40,831 nucleotides of DNA from Ministeria vibrans ATCC 50519 (taxonomy: Eukaryota > Protista > Filasterea), in the NCBI GenBank assembly GCA_943704425.1, contig CALSCP010001655.1, positions 1 to 40,831 of the forward strand, written 5' to 3'. Position 1 is the first letter of the stretch; each line of letters starts with the position of its first letter. The position numbers were made by a program, and so were the translations under genes. The notes beneath the pieces were generated by a model that worked only from the letters and a program-made list of their open reading frames with translations, did no database searches and was not told where the DNA came from. Below are positions 30,690-40,831 of this stretch, one piece after another.

Positions 30690-33428
30690 ATGCTAATGAT
30701 CACTGGTGGAGTACGACTGGCGCAGCGCAATCCTGTCGAGGCTGTTGTTAGCGCCGTGGTCCTTGTCGCATTCGCCGTCCTCTTGCTGAGAGACAGCAGC
30801 GCGTCGGCTGGTCATGGTGGTGGTGGTGCTGGTGGTTCACATGGACTGTCGGCGCAGATTGCTGCACCGTCGTATTCGGGATCGCGCAGCATGCCACAAA
30901 GCGTGACACAAATTGACACGAAACCTTTGGCTGCCTGGAAAAAACTCAGCGTGCCCTCCTTCAGCGGCGTTCCTGACCCCCTCAATGAAGCCAATGCACT
31001 GGCGTCGTATGCGGTTGCGGAGAAAGTTGTCATGCAACAGCTGGTGGAGTCGGAGCGAGGCGATCGCAAAACGTCCACGGCGTCGCACGTTGACGCGTGT
31101 CCTCTTGCCCTTGACGACGCCGTCCGCCGCAACCTCCTGCTCGACTCGCGCTTCCTCGAGGGTCAAACACTGTTCACAGGCTACACTGCCGGGCGCCACA
31201 ACATGTCTATTGTCGTGATGGCGTCGTGCGTCGACCCAAGCGGCATGATGCTGCGCTCGACACTCTTGTCCATTCGCGACGCAGACTACGAGCCGTGGTT
31301 TGCCCCGCTCAAGTCGCAGCTGGACATTATCATCTTCTTCGACGTTGCCGCGTCCGATGCGTGCCGGTCGGTTGCCCTTGAGTGGTACTGGAAACTTGGC
31401 AGCAAAACTGTAGTGCAACTGCCGTGTTCCCTGATCACCGCCACGCCTCTGGCACGTCGCGTCCTCGCTTGGAACCCGCTTCAGGTTGAGGCCGACTACG
31501 GCAAGGCGCGTCTCGTACTCGACGAAGGCTCCGTTCTCAGCCCTGTAGCACCCTACCTGGCTCACAACCTCACGCTCGAGTTCAAGATGACAGGCGACAC
31601 CGGCGTGCGCCAGCACGATACCCTTGCGGCGCTTTTCCGACTGCACCCGCGCCGTCCGCTGCGTCGCCTCGTCCCCGACTACCTCTGGCGCTCACCCGCT
31701 CCCGAACCCTCCTCAAGCTATGCACAAATGGTGCTGCGTCGCCCCGAGCCCGGTCACTACGAAGAGATCCTGCTCTTTGCCCGTCCATGGCTCGACTTCC
31801 TTCGCTGGACCGCACGCCACCTCGAGTTGACCAAGACGCGCCTTGATCGTGTGCGCCAAGAAATTTCACGACTTGAGACGAGCCGCGAGAATGATGCAGC
31901 CCAGACACGCGCCGCCACTCTGCGCAATGATCTGTCGTACGCCAGCAGTTTTACGGCACTGCTCGCGCTCTTCTGCCAGGAGAAGAATCTCTACTTGCTC
32001 GCGCCACAGCTGCACAATCGCAAGCAGATGGCCAGTTCGCTGTTTTCGGGACAGGTGCTCCGCGAAGGAGCGCTCTTCCGTGACAATAAGTTTCGCACCG
32101 CCTCACACTCGCCACTACCCTTCCTGTCTATGTCTCCCTGTCGCTACGACAACGACGGCCGGCCCCGCGACGACATTGCCAAGATCCTCGAGCTGTCACG
32201 CAAGCACGGCGTTGTAGCCATGACAACCGTCAACACTGCCTTTGTCGAGTTCACTTGGAGCTTTTTGTGCCAGACGCGCTCGTTCAAGGGCGTCCATGAG
32301 AGTTTGGTGCTGCTCGCGACGGACCAGCCGGCGTACAAGGCACTGCGCAACAACCCCTTTGGCGTGCATGTTGTCTACACCCCTCCATCCTCCGACAGCA
32401 ACGACTACGCTGAGTCGCTGACGTTTGGCACGTACGCGTACGGTGAGCTCATTGTCGAACGACTCCTGTTCAATCTCGAGGTCGTCAGCTGTGGAGCCAA
32501 TGTACTTCTGATGGAGACGGACGCAGTCTGGTTTGGCAATGCTATTGCTCTGGCGCCCTCCTACCGCAAAGATCCAGGTCCACAATCCGAAGCAGCCATT
32601 GCTGCACTCGAGTCTTCGCTCCCCGACATGCGCCTGTACATCAACCAGCAGTTCTACAACCGCGAAAAGCAACATGACATGTTTGAGTTTGGCGGTGGTT
32701 TCATGTACATGCGTCACTCGCGCGCAGCCGTACGCACCCTCAGCACCCTTGCTTATCGCTATGCCCACCACATCCAGCACTGGGAGGAGATTCGCGGTGA
32801 GAAACGCACCAGACTAGGCAAACTCGGAGGCGCAAATGATCAAGTAGGAAAACATAGATATTTTGTTTTTTTTGCATCTCTCACTCATTGTCACTTTGCC
32901 TAGACGATTCTGTCGCATATGCTTCAGACGGAGAAACCTTTCAATATCCAGTTTGATACGTTCTCTCAAAAGGCTCTGCTCAATGGGACGTGGTACAAAG
33001 AGAAGACTGAGGTAACTCACACACGCACATACACTTTAGGTACGGTATTAATACTTTGTTGAATGTGTGTGGTTGTTTTTGTTTTTGTTTTTGTTTTTGT
33101 TTTTGCTTTTGTTTTGTTTTTGTTTTTGCATTTGTTTTTTGTTTTTTGTATGTTTTGTATGTTTTGTTAGGCATATGGACTGAAAAACGTTGAGGAATGG
33201 ACTACGGCGGACGAAACGCGCGAAAAGAAAATACTGACACAGCTGCGTCAAGAAACTCCCTCGCTGGAGAGCACTCTGGTTCTCAACAACAACTTTATCC
33301 GGGGCACGGAGGCCAAGAAGGCACGAGCACAGCGGTTTGGGCATTGGTTTGTCAAGGCAGTGGCAGGCGGTGGGGTTGTCTGTGACGCAGGGGCTGTGGC
33401 GTCTTTTTTGGCTTTGATTCATATGTGA
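30690..33428 (+). CDS. Type II membrane glycosyltransferase: C-terminal nucleotide-diphospho-sugar transferase (GT77-like) domain plus an N-terminal divergent GT-A-like domain
   Basis: Exons 30690-32843, 32904-33011 and 33171-33428. N-terminal TM anchor and Gly/Ser stem; NTAFVEFTWSFL, LLATD, LLMETDAVWF (DxD-type), GGGFMYMR, NDQ and NNNFIRGTEAKKARAQRFGHWF. Confidence 0.8.
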
Positions 33429-33497
33429 TAAACACACACACACACACACACCACAAAGATACACCTCACAAAGATACACCCCACAAAGACACACAAA

Positions 33498-33567
<70 letters not shown>

Positions 33568-33782
33568 CACACACCTCGTTTTTATTATAAAATTTTAAGA
33601 CCATAATTATGTTCTTTCTTATCCTACACGAGTCTTCTTGCGAAAGGAGATATTTCAGTAGTGTGCGCCTGGGTATAATGCCCCGAACATCGGTGGGTCT
33701 CAACCAGTTCATCCAGTAAAAAGTATTTTGCGCTTCTCCTTTCCTTTTGTAATAATTAATGTGTACAACACACGCGTTTGAG

Positions 33783-35628
<1,846 letters not shown>

Positions 35629-35760
35629 GATGACGATTATTTCTGATCTGGCTCAGTGCGCCAATTCAATGTGAGTCAAAAAAAAATGATCAGCCGAATT
35701 AGTGATCACCTCACACTTTTCACACAAGTTAGTTAGTTCTCTCGCACACACACAAGTTGA

Positions 35761-37841
35761 ATGCCTCCAAAGAGAAAGAGAAAAGAGGTCGAAAAGGCTC
35801 CGGAGACGCCCAGTGACAATGTGCGCACACTCATTGAACAGCTCACGAGCCATGGGGCTCAGGAACTCCCCACAACGGAAAGTGCCGCATTGAAAAAGTC
35901 GTGTCGTATGCTTGGCGATGCCTTTGCCGTCGAAGTTGCCGCGATCGTCTTGAATCGTCTTGAAGTCGAGCACGCGCAGGTGAGCGAGAGGATTTCCAGT
36001 CAGATACTCTGAATCGTTTTGAAACGTATTTTGTGTCTGGCACAGATTCGATATGCGTCCATTTTGGTGGCTGATCTCCTCTTCGCGCGGTGGAGGGCCT
36101 TTCGCGTTGCCTGGCTCACACATATACGTCAGTCACTCGAGCTGGCCTGTGGTGACCACGGACGCGCGCATTTGATGCCACGGCCGCCGAAATGGGCGGA
36201 AATGACACGCCGGTTGGCGCTGACTAAGCTGCGCGAGTGGACCGTCGCCTTTGGAGGTCGCCACCGCGAATTGCACCTCGCCTGTGACTTTCTACGCACC
36301 GCCTGGCGTGTCGATGTGGACAACATTGACGGGGAGACGGGCGAGCAACGAGAGAGGCGCGAGCGAGAGGCGAGCGCCGAGCAAGAGCGATTCCGTATCA
36401 AGTTCCAGCAAGTGTGTGACGAGGCAAAGGAGGCATTGCCCGAGATGCGTGCAGTCGTCATGGAGCTCAGTTCGTGTTTGGATTTACTGGTGATGCCTCC
36501 TGGAGGGGGCGTGGAAGAGGAAGAGGACGAGGCGCGGGAAGGAAAGGCACATGAGGAACAGGGAGAGTTGGCGCACAGACTGGGTCTCGGCACAGCATCG
36601 TTTCGATTGGATATCAAGGTGGGCGGTACGGGCGAGGCGAGTTCGATTCGCGTCGAGGAGACACTGGACAACTCGGCAGTGATTGAGACGGCCAAAGCCA
36701 ATGTGACACTTGTGCAAAAGACGCTGCGTCGTCGCCTGACGACACTTGTGGATGGCATTGGCCGGTGGGCCACCGAACGTGATGGCGAAGCGCGCGATCG
36801 GCTGTTGCGCGAATGTATGGACTGTCGTGGAGCAATGGACCGTGCTCTGAGGCTGTTTGGGTCGCTGAAGATTGTGCAAAACTTGGCTGTGAGGAACATG
36901 CGCGATGGAAAAAGAACGCGAGGAAACGAAGAAGTGAGTGATGCAGATGAAGAAGACGACGAGGACGAGGACGATGAAGTGGATATGGATGCAATGGAGG
37001 ATGTGGAGGATGTGGACGGCGACGAAGAGAAAGAAAAGGCCGAAGGAGTGAGGCAAAGGGAAGGAAGAACAACACTCTGTACAACAACGACGACAACACA
37101 GCCCAGGGCAAGTGTACCAACCGAATGTGCGACGGACACGACTAATGCTACGACGGCTGAGGTGGAAGACATGGACAGCCGTGATCCTGAGAGGATACGG
37201 CAGAAGCTGATGGAGACAGCGCCAGTGGTGTCGTACGGGATTGATTTGGAGCTGTGGGGAGTAGACACGGTGAGCATTGATTTTTTTTATGTTGCGATTT
37301 ATTCGTTATTTTTCTCACACACTCACTCTCACACACTGTCTCTATCTCTGCATAGATTCCAGAGTATTTGCGACGGACAGATTCCAACTCTTTTCATCGA
37401 TTTTGGGGCACGGGGGAACACGACAATGGGCTGTTGGCGGAGGAGAAGGTGGAGGAGCGAGTGCGCAAACGAGTGACGCTGTACCGACCAGTGGCAAAAC
37501 CCGTCGAGGAGTGTGGGGTGATGCTTGTCAATGGAAAGCGATGTGGCAAAGTGAAAGGGAAATGTCGCATTCACGCGACGAAGAAACCGGAAGGAGAGGC
37601 GGAAAGCGAGCAGAAGAAGAAGCAGAAGAAGCGACGGAGGAGGAGTGGCGAAGAAGAGGGCACCGCGAGTGCACTAGAGGATGTGACGAAGAATGCAGCA
37701 GAGAGTCTTGAGGAGCGACTGGGCGCTGTGGTGTCGCCTCGTCGACTCAAGAAGGGGGCTCAAGCGGCTTTTTCGCGTGAGATGGCCGCCATTGAGCAGC
37801 GCAATCGCGCCAAGTTTGGGCACCAGTGGCATTATCAATAG
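35761..37841 (+). CDS. UVSSA: UV-stimulated scaffold protein A (transcription-coupled repair)
   Basis: VHS-like N-terminus LIEQLTSHG...LKKSCR...HAQ|IRYASILVADLLFAR; APVVSYGIDLELWG; HRFW; C-terminal C..C..C..H finger followed by a basic NLS-like tail. Two introns (~35980-36045 and ~37270-37355). Confidence 0.88.
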
Positions 37842-37907
37842 TATCATACATCATAAAAATATCAATCATTGTGTAAACAAGAAAGAGTATGCTTTAATAT
37901 CCATACA

Positions 37908-38885
37908 TTAAAAGCCAAGCGGGTGTTGCGGCTTGTACGAGCCATGTTCAACGGTCTCCTTTGAGATCTTAGTCAAGAGCGCATCGTACGCGAGCGACGA
38001 GGCACTCTTCGTCTCCAGCAGATTGCGCTCGACACGCTCAGCCGCAGAGTGGCAAAAGGCCTGTGCCAAGGCCGTCTCGTGCGCGGCGGTGGGCGTCCCC
38101 TGCGCCACTGCGTCCGACGCGCGGCTCAGCACCGCCGCCATGGCAAACATGTCAATTGCAGAGTCAGCAACACGCTTGAAAGAAAGTAGTGATTAGTACA
38201 CTAATGCATGTGTAGAGAGTGGCGTGTGATGAATTCTTACTTGGAGGACAAGTTGTTCGTGGATAATGCTGTTCTTGTGCTTGACAATGAGCGACGAGAC
38301 AGTGTGCCCAAAGAGAGCGGTGAGTTTCTTCATAGCAGACGCCTCAGACTGGAGAGGAGCAGAGACCTAGAATGAACGGGAAACGGGACAGTTTTAGTTT
38401 AAAGTGGAGATAAACTCAAACTGAACACACTCGGACAAATTCACACAGACTAAGCATACAGTAGTTGTACACACACTGTCACACACTAAGCGCACAGACA
38501 GACACGTCACCTTAAACTCGCCCTCAGGCACTCCACGAGCCAGATTGATCGCCTTGGTGGCACCACTCGCCAACAACCCCAGATTGGTCAGCGGATTCTT
38601 GAGTGCACGCTGCACACCCTTGAGCCCCTGACTGGCGCTCTGGATTCCGCCCAGTGCCACAAACAAACGCAGAATCTCATTGGAACCTTCAAAGATACGG
38701 AAGATGCGCAGGTCGCGCAGTGTCTTCTCAACGCCCGCGTCACGCATGAACCCCATTCCACCCAAAATCTACCCATAAAATTTTTGGAGGTGAGTGTGTG
38801 AAGTGAAGTGACTCTACTGTACCTGAATGGTCTCATCACACACTTTCCATGCTGCTTCGCTCGCAAAGATCTTACTAATCGCAGC

Positions 38886-38976
<91 letters not shown>

Positions 38977-40731
38977 CAACACACATGGACTACGTATAAT
39001 TATAATAATACCTCCAACTGGTAGTCCTGCACTCCCTTGTCCATATTGGCACTCAAGGTGTACGCCAGACTCTCCGTTGCATAGACCAAAGTGGCCATCT
39101 CTGCCAGTTTCCCTTGGATTGTCCCGTATGTGTCCAGGGTAGACCCAAATTGCACGCGTGACTTTGCATGCTCGATTGATTGGATCATCTGACAGAAACA
39201 CACACAAAGAGTGAGCGCGTGAGAGACAACCGAGAGAGAAAGAAAATTTTCAGGTTTACGAGTTTCTTCATTGTGCCTGTGAGTGCGGCTGACATGCCAA
39301 ATCGTCCGTTGTTCAGAATCTGCATTGCAATCTAAAAAGAGGCAAGGGAAAATCGTTATGAGAGCTCTTTTTGTGAATTGATTGAGAGAGTGAGTAGTAC
39401 TTTGAATCCTTCTCCTTCTTCTCCCAAAAGGTTCTCGGCGGGCACTTTGACATCATCAAAGTAGAGTTCAGCGGTGTTTGAGCATCGGATTCCCATCTTG
39501 TTCTCAGGCGGGCCACTAAGCGAAAAAAAAATATTGTTATTAATTTATTTTGACACGAGTGTTAGGGCGACATTAATTTGACACGTAGGGTTAGGGTGAC
39601 ATTATGAATTTGTCATTAGGGTGAGGAATGGTTAGAGGTACATTTATCATGAGGGATGGGAGTGAAGTGCTCGCGCTCTCGTGGCACAGTTTACGCTCGC
39701 ACATTATCATACCTGGTGACGCCGTGTTTGCGTTCGACAATGAACGCACACATGCGGTCCTTCTTCTCTCCAGGCTTCTTGGGATCGTCCATCTCCATTT
39801 GTGCAAAGACAGTGAAGACGTTGGCGGTGCCTCCGTTGCTGATCCAAATTTTGCTGCCGTTGAGCACGTAGTGCTTGCCACACGCTGACTTGACCGCGCG
39901 AGTGCGGATCGACTGAAACAGGACCAGTCAGATGAGTCTCTTCTCACTCTTCCCAAACCTTACGCTCGCGTCACTTCCGGCCGTTGGCTCAGTCAGGCAA
40001 AAGGCGGCAATGGACTTGCCCGACGCCAGGTCGGGAAGGTACTTCTCTTTTTGCTCTTGGTTGCCGCGCAGAAGGATTCCCTTGAAGCCAATCGACTGGT
40101 GCGCGCCGAGTGTAATGCCCACTCCAAAGTCGTCCACCTCCTCAATCAGACTACACATGAGAGTACGCCGTGTTACACGCGCACACGGACACCGAGTGCT
40201 CGCAAGCGGCCTTACCGAGCGTAGCCGGTGTTGCTCAGGCCCACGCCGCCCAGATCGACGGGCACTTGCAAGCCAAAGGCGCCGAGTTCTTTGAGCGACT
40301 CAAGAATCTCCTCGGGAATGGACGCCGTCGCGTCGTTCTCCAGCGGCTTGTTCACCTCGCGGAAGAACTTGGCCGTGGGCTCGACAAACTCGCGCACAAG
40401 CTCAGAGGACTCCTCGTCGAGCGCCGTGGCGGCCGGGTACGGCGACACCTGCACAGGAAAAATAATTATTATTATAGTAATATTTTCACGTGATGATCAA
40501 ACCGCTTCAAGCGATAAATCGTCGCTATGACGCATCTAATGGGTCTCTCTGCTCGTGCAGCGCCCCCTCCCTACTAACCTGCTTGGTGACGAGCTTGCCC
40601 GAGAAAATGCCGCGCGTAAACGAATCGGCCGAGTCATCAACAGCCTTGGACGAGGAGCTGGCAGAGCGGGCAGGCACCGCAGTGCGCACAGAGCGCATGG
40701 CGCATCGAGAGGCACGAGCAAGGTTCAGCAT
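37908..40731 (-). CDS. ACADVL: Very-long-chain acyl-CoA dehydrogenase, mitochondrial (ACADVL/ACAD9 group)
   Basis: Mitochondrial presequence; [24 protein letters not shown]; [13 protein letters not shown]; [14 protein letters not shown]; [22 protein letters not shown]; C-terminus HPLGF*. ACAD9 cannot be fully excluded. Confidence 0.88.
38888..38974. repeat. (CA)n microsatellite in an ACADVL intron
   Basis: Directly visible. Confidence 0.95.
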
Positions 40732-40831
40732 GATAAGAAATTGGTTTGGAATTGAGATTTTGGACTTTCGACTTTTCACTTTGGACTTTGGACTTTTACT
40801 TTCTATTGCTCAGAACCCACCCATTTTCAAA

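Overview
Intron-containing eukaryotic DNA, gene-dense, with microsatellite-rich introns. It comes from a flagellated organism (it carries WDR35/IFT121); a choanoflagellate-like holozoan is my guess, not something the sequence proves. The right half holds housekeeping genes: a YjjX-like ITPase, ATP10, WDR35, a GT77-type glycosyltransferase, TTC1, UVSSA and ACADVL. The left half looks accessory. Its main feature is a head-to-head pair of diverged paralogues of about 1,940 and 1,970 aa with start codons 557 bp apart. Both have the order: small N-terminal domain, class-3 lipase-like hydrolase, IPT/TIG-like domain, Gly/Pro-rich hydrophobic hairpin, TRAFAC GTPase, helical region, HECT domain. The minus-strand copy has a canonical HECT catalytic Cys and C-terminal Phe; the plus-strand copy lacks both, suggesting an active/pseudo-ligase pair. 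A role in membrane-directed cell-autonomous defence is a hypothesis. Next come an intronless otopetrin-like membrane protein bracketed by two inverted copies of a short structured retro-like element, a small secreted protein, and a probable decayed transposon region with a long hairpin. All gene models were spliced by hand from GT/GC-AG signals and reading-frame continuity; family calls rest on recognised motifs, not database searches.
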